The position numbers and the translations under genes are program-made. A stretch of DNA of 64,000 nucleotides from the NCBI GenBank assembly GCA_000004695.1, contig CM000153.2, positions 3,296,001 through 3,360,000 of the forward strand, given 5' to 3'. The notes under the pieces are model-generated. The model was not told the origin of the DNA. It saw only the letters and a list, made by a program, of their open reading frames with translations, and did no database searches. The number at the start of each line of letters is the position of its first letter. The first letter of the stretch is position 1. This DNA comes from Dictyostelium discoideum. Taxonomy: Eukaryota. Shown piece after piece: positions 43,691-56,660 of this stretch.

Positions 43691-43979
43691 GAAAATAAGA
43701 AAGAAAAAAAAAAAAAAAAAAAAAAAAATTATTATGGACCTTTTTTTTTTTTTTTTTTTTTTTTTATATTTTGTAAATAGTAAATAGTATTTGTTTTTTT
43801 TTTTTTTCTTATAAGTTTTATTTTTGTTTTTTTATTTTATTTTTAGTATAAGGTCATTTGTAAATAGTAGTAAATCAAAAAATTAAATTAGACATTAATA
43901 AAGATTAGAATTTATTTTTAAATCATAGTTTTATTAGTTTTTTTTTATTTTAAAATTATTATTATTATCAGTTTAAAAT

Positions 43980-44927
43980 TTATTGAACTTTTTTAATATT
44001 ACTTTTTTTTTGAGATTGTTGAGGTTGTGCTGATGGTGGTATTGTTGATCGTTGTTGTTGTTGTCTTTGTTGTGACGGTGGAAGGAAAACTGATTTACCA
44101 CCCCATATCTTTTGATTAATTGCCCTACCTATGATATAAAGAGAAACACCGAAACAAGAGGAAGAGAAAATGAAAATAATTTTTGAATGAATTGGAATTA
44201 CAGCTAAAATTGGATAAACCCAAAAATTTAAATGAAAACGTGTATAAGCAATGATACCAATATAAAAGAGAATAAAAGATACTAAATATGATACATCTTG
44301 TTTTAAATCCGATGTAATTGGCACAATCTCAGAGATTGGTGATGATCTTTCTTTGAATTTTCTTAATGTATTTGGGTCTGGATGGTATTGATGATTTACA
44401 ATCAATGTTTCAATTACAATTAAAATACCTGGTAATGTATGATGTAAATGATTTAAATAAGATGGAAACCATGAATCTAATGCTTTTCCAAATATTAATT
44501 CCCTATCATAATGATAAATTCCCCAAAATAATGATGTTATTACAATTCCAATTGGGAATATAATTGATCTAAATATTAAATCTCTAACTCTTAAAAATAA
44601 ATAATAATATGGTGTATTCTTTTTTGCTTTAAAAATATTTAATAAATCTACAATACTTGATGTACCAAAAAAGAAAATTAAGAAAAACTAATAAATTAAA
44701 TAAATTAAATAAATTAGTATAAGATTTAATGATTTGAAAAAAAAAAAAAAAAAAAAAAAACTACTTACTTGACCCCATAATGTTAAAAAACATAACATAA
44801 TAAGAGGATCTGTACGACCTGCAACACCACCATTTGATACAAATAAACTATAAAATTTTGCCATACCAATTGATGTTAATACAAAAAATGGACAATGGAA
44901 TAAGAATAATAATGAATCTTTTAACAT
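43980..44927 (-). CDS. FAR-17a/AIG1 (androgen-induced 1)/ADTRP-family integral membrane hydrolase. Model join(44927..44769,44687..43980), about 288 aa, with a Gln-rich tail.
   Basis: FWGIYHYDRELIFGKALDSWFPSYLNHLHHTLPG aligns to human AIG1 [31 protein letters not shown]. 5-6 TM helices. GTAAGT donor at 44768 and TTATTAG acceptor at 44688, phase 0. Confidence 0.7.
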
Positions 44928-45294
44928 TTTTTAATTATACAAAATAAATAAAATAAAAAATAATAATTAAAACTATCTTCTGTATTATTTTTTTATTTAT
45001 TTTTTTTTAATTTAATGGGAGGTAAGATCAATAATAAAAAAAAAGACAATTGTGATCACAAACTATTTTTATTATTTTTATTTTTTTTTTTATTTTTATT
45101 TTTTTTTTTTTCAAAAAATAAAAAAAAAAAAAAAATTAAAAACAAAGATTTCATTTCATTTGTAAAAATTCATAAAATTAACAAAAAACAGTGCCCCCAA
45201 TCTTCAACAACACATACATACACATTTGTTATTATTTTTATTATAATAAATTACAACTGTATTACAATAATAAAATAATATATAAAAAAATAAA

Positions 45295-46194
45295 ATGGCA
45301 CGTAATGAAGAGAAAGCAAAATCTATGTTAAATAGATACCTTCAATTAAAGGGAACAGAATCAAAACAAGAAGAAAGAAGACCTTACCTATCAAATGAAT
45401 GCGATTCATTGGTAGATGCAGAGAAATGGAGACGTCAAATTTTAAAAGAAATTACAAGAGGAATCACTGAAATCCAAAATTGTAATTATCATATACCACC
45501 CACCCCACCCACCATCACACCCATTTCTATTTATATCACTATCTCCCCATCTTACCATAATTATAATTTCACCACACACATACACACACACACATATATA
45601 TAGTATATTATTAATATTATTAACATTTTATTTTTATTTATTTTTAATTTAATTATATATATATATTAGCTGCACTTGATGAATATAAAATTAGAGATTT
45701 AAATGATCATATAAATAAATTAGTTAGAGAGAAAGGACATTGGGAAAGAAGAATATTACAATTGGGTGGACCAAATCATAGAGCATTAGCACCAAAATTA
45801 TTTGATGCAGATGGTAAAGAACCATTGGGAACAGGTACATATAGATACTATGGTGAAGCAAAGAATTTACCAGGTGTTGCTGAATTATTTGAAAAACCAG
45901 AACAAACATTACACGGTACAGAAAAAAAAACAAGACAAGATCTATATAAATATATTGACTCTGATTACTATGGTTATAGGGATGATGAAGATGGTAAATT
46001 GGAAGAAATTGAAAGAGAATATGAAAAATATGCAATTGAACAAAATGTTGAAAATTGGAAAAAACAACAAAGAGATAAATTTCAAATTAATACTAATAGA
46101 TTTAACAATAATAATATTAAAAATAGCATTGCTATTAATAAAAATACAGAAAATAAAGATGAAATTAATATAGATGATGATGAAGAAAATGATG

Positions 46195-46225
<31 letters not shown>

Positions 46226-46382
46226 AGAAAATACAGAAAATATAGAAAATATTCAAGAAGAAGAAGAAAAAGAAGATATTAAATTTAAATCATATGTATC
46301 ATTACCATCAACATCACAAATTGAAACTATACTTTTAGAAAAAAGAAAAGAAGAATTAAGAAAACGATACACCCAAAATTAA
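45295..46382 (+). CDS. isy1: Pre-mRNA splicing factor ISY1. Model join(45295..45481,45670..46382), about 299 aa.
   Basis: MARNEEKAKSMLNRYLQLK...ERRPYLSNECDSLVDAEKWRRQILKEITRGITEIQN aligns to human ISY1 MARNAEKAMTALARFRQ...ERRPFLASECTELPKAEKWRRQIIGEISKKVAQIQN. Exon 2 (ALDEYKIRDLNDHINKLVREKGHWERRILQLGGP) aligns to [38 protein letters not shown] donor, phase 1. Confidence 0.85.
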
Positions 46383-46492
46383 ACAAATAAATGTACATAA
46401 AATAATAATATTTTTTAAAATCACCTTTTTATTTGGATTTTATTTTAATTTATTATTATTTATTATTTATTATTATTTTGATAGTATTAATT

Positions 46493-48145
46493 TTAAACAG
46501 TTTCATAAATTTTTCTTAATTGTTCAGTATTTGTTGGTAGGAAAGTAATTGGACATTTACTATGTTCATTTACATATCCAAATATACAAGGATAACAAAA
46601 TACAAAACCACTACCACAAATTGTTGGATTTGTTCTTTCTTTAAGACATAATGGACATAATCTCTTATCTCTTGGAATTTCTAATCCACCTGGTGCTCTC
46701 TATTTTTAAAAATAATAATAATAATAATAAATCTTGATTAGTATAAAATAAAAAAAAAAGAAATCTATTTTAAATTTATTTTTTATTACCTTTGAAGGAG
46801 TTGGAGGTGTTGGAATTGGTAAAGTTGGAGCAGATATTCTATTTTCACTATACCACCATTCTAATGATTTAAATATGAAAACTGATAATGGTAAAATATA
46901 TTTTGAATAATCTAAAATCGAATCTAAAATTGAAACTAATCTAACAAAGAAACTTGAACCTGGCCAATCCCTAACAAAATTAATTCTATCCCTTCTTCTA
47001 TTTGATATTACAACTCTATGTGATTCCTATAAATATTTTAAATTTTAAATATTAATTAAATTGAAAAATAAATAAATAAATAATAAAAATAAACTTACAA
47101 TATCTTTATGATTTAATCTTTTTAATTGTATATTTTGAAAATGAAAGAATGGTGTATAATAATTTGTATATTCATAGAGATATAATAATTGATAAATAAA
47201 GAAAAGTGCTTCATAGATTGCACTTATGAATGGATAAACTTTTAAGAATATTGTTTTTAATTTTTTTAATGTTTTTGAACCTTTTAAAAATCTGATTAAA
47301 ATTAAAAATTTAATCTTTAATTTCTTATTGTTATTGTTACTATTATTATTTCCATTGACAATTGTTTGTTGTTGTTGAATCTGTTCTTCAAGTTGTTGAA
47401 TTTGGTCATTAATATTATCATTATTATTATTATTGTTATCTGATGACACTAAACCAAGTTCTGCTAATGGATCAGATTCTTTTTTATAATATTCATCTAA
47501 TTTACCTTTAAAATAAGGTATGAGTACTAAATATATTAATGATTCTTTTCTATCGCTATCTTGAATCATTGTATTTAAATCATCTTTAGCTTGTTGTGAT
47601 GATGATGCTGCTGCTCTATTTCTACGTATCATTGCAAATGATTTCTTTAAAATTTGACTTTTTGTATATGTTTCTGGTCCTTGTCCTGCATTTGATGGTG
47701 TTACTACTAATCTTTTCAATAATGAAAATAATGTATCACCATCACCATTTGCATTATTATTTCTTGGTTTAATTCTTTTTAAATTATAAAAATTCTCTGA
47801 AAATGATCCCTCTAAAAATAATTAAATAAATGAATAAATAAATAATAAATATATATTGCAATTAAATAAATTTGGATGATGTGAATTATAAATAATGAAA
47901 AAAAAAAAAAAAAGATAATTACCATAATATTTTAAATAATGATATTCTAGTAATAATAATAATGAATAAAAACATTCATCATAATAATTAACAATATATC
48001 TAAATTTAGGATTTCTTTGAGAAAGTACAGTGAATATATACTTTAATGCAGGTTTGAAAGAAGGCATCATTTGATGTTGATTTAACATTTCAAAAAATGA
48101 TGGCCTATTTGGATCGTGACCATTATCAAAGTTGAACATAAACAT
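46493..48145 (-). CDS. pex12: Peroxin PEX12 (peroxisomal RING E3). Model join(48145..47923,47811..47099,47026..46790,46699..46493), about 459 aa.
   Basis: PSFFEMLNQHQMMPSFKPALKYIFTVLSQRNP aligns to human PEX12 [32 protein letters not shown]. The motif SFSENFYNLKR matches SFSENFYGLKR. LEWWYSENRISAPTLPIPTPPTP matches [25 protein letters not shown]. The C-terminal RING is CPLCLKERTNPTICGSGFVFCYPCIFGYVNEHSKCPIT. Confidence 0.85.
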
Positions 48146-48365
48146 TTTTTTTTTTTTTTTTTATATATGTTTATTATTCTAACTCTTTATATATTATAAT
48201 TTGATTTTTGTTTCTGTTACTATTAATTATTACATATATTTGTAATTCTCAAATGAAGAAGAGAAATTAAATGAATAAGTAAAAAATTTCAATTTTTTTT
48301 TTTTTTTTTTTTGAATTTTAAATTTTTTTTTTTTTTTTTTTTTTTTTAATTAATTAAAATACAAT

Positions 48366-48989
48366 TTATTTATTATAATTATTTAATAAATTATTAATTT
48401 CATTTTGAACTTTATTTTTTGTAATTTCATAATCATCATTTGTTTTAAAAACTAAATTTGCATACTTTTCTCTTTCTTCATTTGTTAATTGAGAATCAAT
48501 TCTTTTGCAAGCATCAACTTCTGATAGATTATTCCTAGTTTTTAATCTTTCTATTGCAACTTCTCTTGGAACTTGGGTTACCCAAATAAGATCTACCATT
48601 TCATTGAAACCAGCTTCAATTAAAACAGCAGCTTCTAATACAACTATTTTATCATTTGGACATGTTGTTTCAATCTCTTTAAATTCATTCAATATTAGTT
48701 CTTTCATTTCTGGCCAAACTATATTTGTTAATTGTTTCATTTTTAATGGATCTGAAAATACTATTGGTCCTAATTTAGATCTATCAATTGATTGATCATT
48801 TTGATTGATAATATCTTGACCAAATTCTTGAATTATTTTATTATAGGATGGCCTACCTTTTTGATAAACCATATGTCCAAATTTATCTGCATCAATACAT
48901 TTTATATTCATTTCTTTTAAATATCCTAATATTGTTGATTTACCAGATGCAATACCACCTGTTAATCCAATTTTTATTAATTTTGACAT
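48366..48989 (-). CDS. Dephospho-CoA kinase (CoaE), 207 aa
   Basis: P-loop IGLTGGIASGKST...CIDADKFGH and overall CoaE topology. Single exon. Confidence 0.8.
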   Translation of the reverse strand: MSKLIKIGLTGGIASGKSTILGYLKEMNIKCIDADKFGHMVYQKGRPSYNKIIQEFGQDIINQNDQSIDRSKLGPIVFSDPLKMKQLTNIVWPEMKELILNEFKEIETTCPNDKIVVLEAAVLIEAGFNEMVDLIWVTQVPREVAIERLKTRNNLSEVDACKRIDSQLTNEEREKYANLVFKTNDDYEITKNKVQNEINNLLNNYNK

Positions 48990-49268
48990 TTTCTTTTTAT
49001 TGGTTTTCTATATTCCTATATTCCAAAAAAATAAAAAAAAATAAAAAAAATAAAAAAAATTATAAAAACTTTTTCTTGTTTTAATTTCACCATTTTTTTT
49101 TTTTTTTTTTTTTAATTTTAAATTTTTTTTTAATTTTTTTTTATTTTTTTTTGGTGATGATCCCCTTTTAATTTAATTTTAAAAAAAAAATAAAAAAATA
49201 AAAAAAATAAAAAAAAAAAAGTTTCATTTTTTTTTTTTTATTAATACACAAATAATATACAAATAATA

Positions 49269-50553
49269 ATGTCAGAGAATGAAGGATGGTGTACAATTGA
49301 AAGTGACCCAGGTGTATTCACAGAATTAATTACAAAAATTGGTGTGAAAGATATTCAAGTTGAAGAATTATATACATTAGACTCATCAGAATATGATAGA
49401 TTAAAGTAATATTAATAAAATATTTATTTATTTTTTTTTTTTAAAAAATTTTATTTCTTTTTTTTTATCATTTTATTATATTTCTAACAAAATTTATAAT
49501 TTTTTTTTTTTATTTTGTTTTTTTATTTTATTTTTTTATATTTAATCAAATTAATTTATATATAGACCAGTATTAGGATTAATATTTTTATTTAAATGGG
49601 AAAAAGAAGAAGAGAATAGAACAATTTCTGATAATGAAAATATATTCTTTGCAAATCAAGTCATTCAAAATGCATGTGCAACTCAAGCTATCCTTTCAGT
49701 TTTATTAAATTCTGAAGGTATTGAATTGGGTGAAGAATTATCAAATTTTAAATCATTTGTTGGTGATTTTCCACCAATGGTATAGTATCAATTTAAATTA
49801 TTATTATTATTTTAAAATTATTATTTATTAATTCATTAATTTATTATTTTTTTTTATTTTTTTTTAAATTAGATGAAAGGTGAAGCAATTGGTAATAGTG
49901 AATTAATTAAAGAAACTCATAATAGTTTTACAGTTCAAGACCCATTTATATTTTCAAAGAAAAAGAATAGAAAACCATCAGATGCATTCCATTTTATAAG
50001 TTTTATACCATTCCAAGGTAAAGTTTATGAGTTGGATGGTTTAAAAAAAGGTCCATATTGTTTAGGTGATTGTACCCCTGATAATTGGTTAGAGATTGCC
50101 ACTCCATTCATTCAAAAAAGAATGGAAAAATATAGTCAAGGTGAAATTAGATTCAATTTAATGGCTGTAATTAAAAATAGACAAACTACATTACAAGAAA
50201 AGATTTTAACTTTAGAAAAGAAAAAAAATGATCTTGAAATTAAATTATCTGAACTTAATAGTGGTAGTGGTGGTGATAATAAAGAGGAATCTGGTGGTGC
50301 AACACCAACAACAAAAGAAGATTTAAATTTTATGATAAATGTTGTAAATAATGATATAGAAGAAGCAAATAATGAAATTTTAATGGAACAAGAGAAATTT
50401 AGAAATTGGAAAGATGAAAATATTAGAAGAAAACATAATTTCACTCCATTAATCTTAAATTTAATTAAAGGTTTAGCTGAAAAAGATAATCTCCAACCAT
50501 TAATTCAAAAAGCAAAAGATCAAATCTCTCAAAAACAACAACAACATAAATAA
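49269..50553 (+). CDS. Ubiquitin C-terminal hydrolase UCH37/UCHL5 (peptidase C12). Model join(49269..49405,49566..49779,49873..50553), about 343 aa.
   Basis: [38 protein letters not shown] (catalytic Cys), [48 protein letters not shown]. All are colinear with human UCHL5. Phases 2 and 0. Confidence 0.85.
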
Positions 50554-50711
50554 ATTAAATTAAATCATAAATTAAAATAAAAAAATCTTTTATTTATTAT
50601 TTTTATTTTTCTTTTTTTTTTCCAATTTTTTTTTTAAGTCTTAATATTTTTTTATTTTTTTATTTTTATTTTTAAATTCAGTTTTAAAAAAAAAAAAAAT
50701 AAAAAAAAAAA

Positions 50712-51860
50712 ATGGAATGTAAATACAAATTAACAGATTGTTTAATTGGGCATAGTAGTGAAGTAACATCATTATCAATAACACCAGATCCACAACTTAA
50801 TACTAGCTCAATAAATTATTTTGTTTCAGGATCAAAGGATGGTACAGTAATAATTTGGAAATCAACCATGTTAGAAAATAATATACCAAATACTACTCTT
50901 TATAGGGTATTAAAAGGTCATTCAGATGTTGTTCAAAAGGTTGCAATTACAAATGATCAAAAATTTGTCATATCTGGGTCATGGGATTGTAATGTTTGTA
51001 TTTGGGATATTCAAAGTGGTGAATGTATTAAAACCATTAAACATCAATCACAAGTAATCGATATATCATATCAACGGGCTGATGTTGATTATATTTCATC
51101 AATTCAAAGCAATGGTATGGTAATGATTTGGAAATTATTTTCAAAAATTGAAGAACCAACATTTCATAAATCATTTCATAATGATAATAATATTAATAAT
51201 AATAATAATGGTAATAGATTAAATTGTTGTTTATTAGGATATCATCCAACACTTTGTACAGCTGGGAGTGATAATAAAATTTTTAATTGTTTAAATGAAT
51301 TCAATGAAGAATTAAAATCAGTAAAATATAATAAACCAAAAAATTTAAAAAGAAAGATACCTCAATTTTTCAAACATAAAGGTGGGAAAATAAATTGTAT
51401 TACTTTTTCACCAGATTATTCAATATTAGCATCGGGTTGTAGTGATGGTGAATTATATTTATATAGTTTTAATGAACCCCATTTTGATCATTTAATGCAT
51501 TTCAAGACTGATAATCAAATAAATAATATAACTTTTAATCCATTAAAATATTGGTGTACAGCTGCAAATGATAATAATATAATAATATGGGATTTGGAAA
51601 GTAAAGATGTAATTGTAAATATTATTATCGATGATTTAGGCTATGATATCAATAATGAAAATAAAAATGAAATCATTTCAAAATATAAAGAGAATTGGAG
51701 AGATTTAGAATATCACAAAACTCAATTAAATTTAAAAAAAGATCAAGGAATTCTTGATAAACCTTTTATTCGTTCGCTTTCAATTTGTTGGTTAAATGGT
51801 GACATTTTTTATGTGGCTTGTGATGATGGTACAATAAGAGAGTATACTTTAAAACAATAA
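50712..51860 (+). CDS. WD40-repeat protein, divergent RACK1-like (paralog 1), 382 aa
   Basis: LKGHSDVVQKVAITNDQKFVISGSWDCNVCIWDIQSGECIKTIKHQSQVIDISY resembles RACK1 [37 protein letters not shown]. Confidence 0.6.
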   Translation: MECKYKLTDCLIGHSSEVTSLSITPDPQLNTSSINYFVSGSKDGTVIIWKSTMLENNIPNTTLYRVLKGHSDVVQKVAITNDQKFVISGSWDCNVCIWDIQSGECIKTIKHQSQVIDISYQRADVDYISSIQSNGMVMIWKLFSKIEEPTFHKSFHNDNNINNNNNGNRLNCCLLGYHPTLCTAGSDNKIFNCLNEFNEELKSVKYNKPKNLKRKIPQFFKHKGGKINCITFSPDYSILASGCSDGELYLYSFNEPHFDHLMHFKTDNQINNITFNPLKYWCTAANDNNIIIWDLESKDVIVNIIIDDLGYDINNENKNEIISKYKENWRDLEYHKTQLNLKKDQGILDKPFIRSLSICWLNGDIFYVACDDGTIREYTLKQ

Positions 51861-52009
51861 AAATAAAATAAAAAAATTAATTTTAAAAAAAGTTATTTTT
51901 AGATTTTGATTTGTTTTTTTTTTTTTTTTTTTTAATTTTTGATTTTTTTTTTTTTTTTTTCAAGAGTATGGAGACTCGTTTCGAAAATAATCAATATTGA
52001 TATAATTAA

Positions 52010-53209
52010 ATGATTATTTTATATTCATTAAATGACTGTTTATTTGAGCATAATTATGAAGTTACATCATTGGCAACAAATGGTATACGTTATTTAATAT
52101 CAGGATCAAAAGATTGTACAGTTAAAGTTTGGATTGTTGAAAGTGATAAACCAACGACTCTATATAGAACATTAATAGGTCACTCAAGTATTATTCAAGA
52201 TGTGGCAATAACTCAAGATGAAAAATATGTTATTTCAGGTTCATGGGATGGTAATGTTTGCATTTGGGATATTGAAAGTGGTCAATGTATTAAAACTATA
52301 AAACATCAATCACAAATTATGAAAGTTTCATATATACATCAACAAAATGGTGATTTTATATCATCCATTACAAATGATGGCACAGTAATGATTTGGAAAT
52401 TATTTTTTAAAAAAATAAAAGATGAAAATCAAAATGAAGAAAAACAAGAAAAAGAAAAAGAAGAAGAAGAACCAAAATTTTATAAATCATATCATGAAAA
52501 AGGAATTTTCAATACTAGTTGTGCATTTTCTACATCTGAGGATATTAATCCAATTTTATGTACATCTGGAAGTGATGGAAAAATATTCAGTTGTTTTGAT
52601 GAATTTAGAAATCAGTATAAATTATCAAAAAGTGATGAATTCGAAGAAACCATTAGAAACCATGTCAATGATGATGATGGTAATAATAATGATAAAAATG
52701 TAAAAATTTGGAAACATGATAGTGATGGTATTATAAATTATCTATTATTTTCACCTGCAAATCTTTTTATATCATCAGGTTGTAGCGAAGGAATTGTTTG
52801 TCTTTGGAGATACGATGATTGTAATGAATTTATAAAATTAAATTGTAATAGTCCAGTTAATAGTTTTAGTTATAATCCTGCTATGCTTTTATGTGCAACT
52901 GCGAGTGATGATAATATTTTAATATGGGATTTAGAAAAAAAAAAAATTTTAACAACAATTGTAATTGATGATTTCGACAGTCAACTTATCAATAATGATG
53001 AAAATAAAGATGAAATAATTTTAAAAGTTAAGAATCTTCAAAGATATAAAGAATCTTATAAAGCTCAATTAAAATATCATCAAAAAAATAGTGATAAACC
53101 ATTAATTCGTTCATTATCAATAGTTTGGTTTTCTTATGATATTATTTTTGTAGCATGTGATGATAACACTATTAGAAGATATAAAATAAATAATATTTAC
53201 GAAAATTAA
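52010..53209 (+). CDS. WD40-repeat protein, divergent RACK1-like (paralog 2), 399 aa, with a K/E-rich insert
   Basis: About 50% identical to paralog 1 over the propeller (ISGSWDGNVCIWDIESGQCIKTIKHQSQ...SLSIVWFSYDIIFVACDDNTIRRY). The 5' end may be incomplete. Confidence 0.55.
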   Translation: MIILYSLNDCLFEHNYEVTSLATNGIRYLISGSKDCTVKVWIVESDKPTTLYRTLIGHSSIIQDVAITQDEKYVISGSWDGNVCIWDIESGQCIKTIKHQSQIMKVSYIHQQNGDFISSITNDGTVMIWKLFFKKIKDENQNEEKQEKEKEEEEPKFYKSYHEKGIFNTSCAFSTSEDINPILCTSGSDGKIFSCFDEFRNQYKLSKSDEFEETIRNHVNDDDGNNNDKNVKIWKHDSDGIINYLLFSPANLFISSGCSEGIVCLWRYDDCNEFIKLNCNSPVNSFSYNPAMLLCATASDDNILIWDLEKKKILTTIVIDDFDSQLINNDENKDEIILKVKNLQRYKESYKAQLKYHQKNSDKPLIRSLSIVWFSYDIIFVACDDNTIRRYKINNIYEN

Positions 53210-53370
53210 TTATTAATTTTTGTTTTTTTCAATTTAACACAAAGATTTTATAATTATAGAAACTTATTAATAAAATGTAAATTTGCGAATATTGATTTAT
53301 TGTACAAAATCCAAAAAATAAAAAATAGGCTTTTATTTAATTTTTTTTTTTTTTTTTTTAATTTTTTCCT

Positions 53371-54478
53371 TTAATTAATTTGATTATTGAGATAAGGGAT
53401 TACATTTTGATTAAACCATTGATCAGTGAATTGTAAATGATTACCAGGGCATGATATTTTAATTAATCTACCTTCATTATCTAATTGTTGAATACCAATC
53501 CAATCTTCAATGTATAAATCTGTTTTTTCCATTGGTAAGATAATATTATCTTGACCTGGTTGATAATAACCAAATAATTCAGATTCTCTTGGAACTACAA
53601 TTGTATCTGCTAAAAATTCACCCAATATAAAATTATTTACACTTAATAAATTATCCTTATATGTTTGATTCTTTTCAGAACGAACATTATTAATATCTGC
53701 TAAAAATACTGATTTTTCAACATATTCATCATAATTAAATGGATCTTGCCAATATTCTATAACAATTTATAATAAATATTTATTTATTAATTAAATTATT
53801 TCATTGAAAAAATAATGTAAAATAAAGATTTATTATTATAAAAACTTACCACCAGGTACTAAAGTATTCTGAACATATTTTTCATAAACACCTAATTCAA
53901 CCAAATCATCAGCTATTTTACATAATGTTGAATTTAATGCAGTACATCTTGGTAATGAACTAACACCTTGATGTTGACCACCTAATGAAATTAAATTATA
54001 AACTGGTGGATCATTACAACGTTCAACATATCCTCTAAGAAATTGACCACCTTGTGATAAACCTTTTTTTTTTTTTTTTTTTTTTTAATAAAATTAATAA
54101 ATTTTATCTTTTTATTTTTATTTTTATTTTTATTTTTTCATTTTATTTTTTTGAAAAATACATACCAACAGCATTAAATCCAGATGTCAAATTTGTATCT
54201 TCTTTTAACATTTTACAAACTATTTCAAGTTGTTCATTAACATTTTTAAAGAAAGAATTAAAAGAATCTTCTGCAATACTATCACCAATTGCAATATTTT
54301 TAACATAAACACCAGGTAATTGATTCTCTATCAATTCTTTTAATTTACCCATTGTAAGTGGATCTAAACCTGAATCACCAAGCCCATGCCATAATACAAC
54401 TGGTCTAATATTTTCACTATTTGAATTTTGAATTAAATAACAATTTATTATTAAAATAATAAAAAATAATATTTTCAT
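53371..54478 (-). CDS. ppt1: Palmitoyl-protein thioesterase 1. Model join(54478..54166,54062..53850,53756..53371), about 303 aa.
   Basis: Signal peptide. VLWHGLGDSGLDPLTMG and LSQGGQFLRGYVERC align to human PPT1 VIWHGMGDSCCNPLSMG and FSQGGQFLRAVAQRC. EYWQDPFNYDEYVEKSVFLADIN aligns to [24 protein letters not shown]. Both introns are phase 1 with GTATGT/GTAAGT donors. Confidence 0.85.
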
Positions 54479-54718
54479 TTTTTTTAATTTTTTTAGATTA
54501 AATTATAAAAAAAAAAAAAAAAAAAATGATGTGTTGGAGAGAGAGAGAAAGATGATGAAAAAAATTAAAAAAAAAAAAAAAAAAAAAGAATAATCAAAAA
54601 TTAAATTTAATTTGAAAAAAAAAAAAAAATTTAAGGGAATAAAAAAAAAAAATCAAGATATTTTATTATTAAAAAAAAAAAATATCTAGATTTAAATTTA
54701 TTTTTTTCTTTTTATTTT

Positions 54719-56098
54719 TTAATAAAGAGGTAATTCAATTGATTGTTGATATTTAAAATAATTATTTGGATCATATTTTTGTTTAATTTGTTGTAATTTT
54801 TGATAATGATTTCCATAATATGCAAATTGCCAATTTGAACATTCATCATCTGGATAATTTTGATAAATTTGATTTCCAAAAATATTAAGAGATGAATTAA
54901 TTTTTAATTTCCATTCTTTAAATATTTCATCATTAATTTCTTTTGTATATAAACAAATAAAAGTATAACTCCAAGTACAATCATCACCTCTGTGAATAAA
55001 TGAGCAATTATCTTTTGATAACTGATTTTGAATACCACCATGATAATAAATTGTTGAACTGAAATTAGCGATTGCGTCAGGTTCTTTCATGTTATTGATT
55101 ATAATAGGTGCCATTTCCATTATCTCTTTTAATGCCATTGATTTTTGGTTACTCAAATCCTTTGAGAATCTACATTTTGTAAAAGATCTTCTAGTTTTAT
55201 TTGAATATGGTACACGTTCAACAATTTCTAAAAATGTTTTTTTAACTTTTTCAAAACTAATTTCAACCACCTTTACAGGTGATTTTAATAATTGTAATAA
55301 TTTTTTAAATTCGTTTTCCCCCTCTTCTAAATCACCAATAAAAAAGAAAATTAATGTATTTATTATCCTTTTTGATTTAATTGTAATTCTATAATCTAAA
55401 CCAATATAAACATTATTTTTCAATTTTGTAGTTTTCATATACTCATCAATGATTTCATTCGATTCAATGATTGAATCAAATGACAATTCAGCAGAGTTAT
55501 GGTAATAGTGTGGTTGGATATCGTATAATTGGATTTTAAAATCCAATGCAATACCATAACTACAATGACCAGCACCCCGTAATGCCCAGAATAAATCAGA
55601 GTATTGATTTGTTGGGTTTGATTTAACCAATTTCCCATTTTCTAATAAAATAGTAATCTCTAAAATATTGTCCAATAAATAGCCATGTTTTATTGACAAC
55701 GGATTTGACCCCCCACCCAACGCCAATCCACCCATGCAAACTGACGGACATGATCCACCTGGCCCGCCTAATAAATACTTTGATGTCTCTTTATAGTACT
55801 CTAAAAAAGTTACACCACATTGTACAATTGCAGTTTTATTAATTAAATCAATTTTACATTCTTTTAATCCACTCATATCTAAATTAACAGTATCATTTAA
55901 AATTGAAAAATTACAACATGAATGACCACCAGATCTAATTGATACCCTTTTTTTAATAATATTCTTTGCATAATTTAATGAATCTTTTAATTGATTTGAA
56001 TTTTCAATTTTTATATAACAAATTGGTTTATTTTTAAATAATGGATTTAAAAAATTATAATATGAAATACTATTATTATTTTCATTTATTATTATTAA

Positions 56099-56137
<39 letters not shown>

Positions 56138-56212
56138 ATTATCATGTTTTATTATTTCATTATTAATATTTTTATTATCTTTTTCATTATTTAATTCTAT
56201 GACCTCAATCAT
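54719..56212 (-). CDS. FAD-linked oxidoreductase, berberine-bridge-enzyme-like (FAD_binding_4 + BBE domains), 497 aa
   Basis: RSGGHS, GGPGGSCPSVCMGGLALGGG, and the C-terminal YQNYPD...NYQKLQQIKQKYDPNNYF, which is typical of the BBE family. Confidence 0.7.
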
Positions 56213-56381
56213 TTTTTTTTTTTTATTTTTTTTTTTTTTTAATAATTATATTATTATTTTTTTTATTATTTTAAAGAAATTAAAATGAAAAAAAATATAT
56301 TAAATTAAATTAAATAGGTTGTGAAAATAAAATTTTTGATTAAAAAAAAAAAAAAAATTTATGTGAAAACTTACAATACTT

Positions 56382-56415
<34 letters not shown>

Positions 56416-56622
56416 TTTAGATTCAATGAGATATTATTTCAACCAATTTTTTCAAAAAAAAAAAAATAAAAATTTCCAAAATAAAAAAAAAAATTTTTAA
56501 AAATAAACTGATTGGTGTGTGTGTTGGTTATTATTACAGTGTGTTGGTTATTAATATGGTGTTTTTTTTTTTCTTTTTTTTTTTTCAAATAATTGATCAA
56601 GATTAGAAAAAAAAATTAAAAA

Positions 56623-56660
<38 letters not shown>

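Noticed and set aside
45802-46256. ORFs 45802..46173 (+) and 45942..46256 (-) inside isy1 exon 2
   Set aside because: They are alternative-frame or antisense readings of a K/E/N-rich coding region. The ISY1 frame has the homology.
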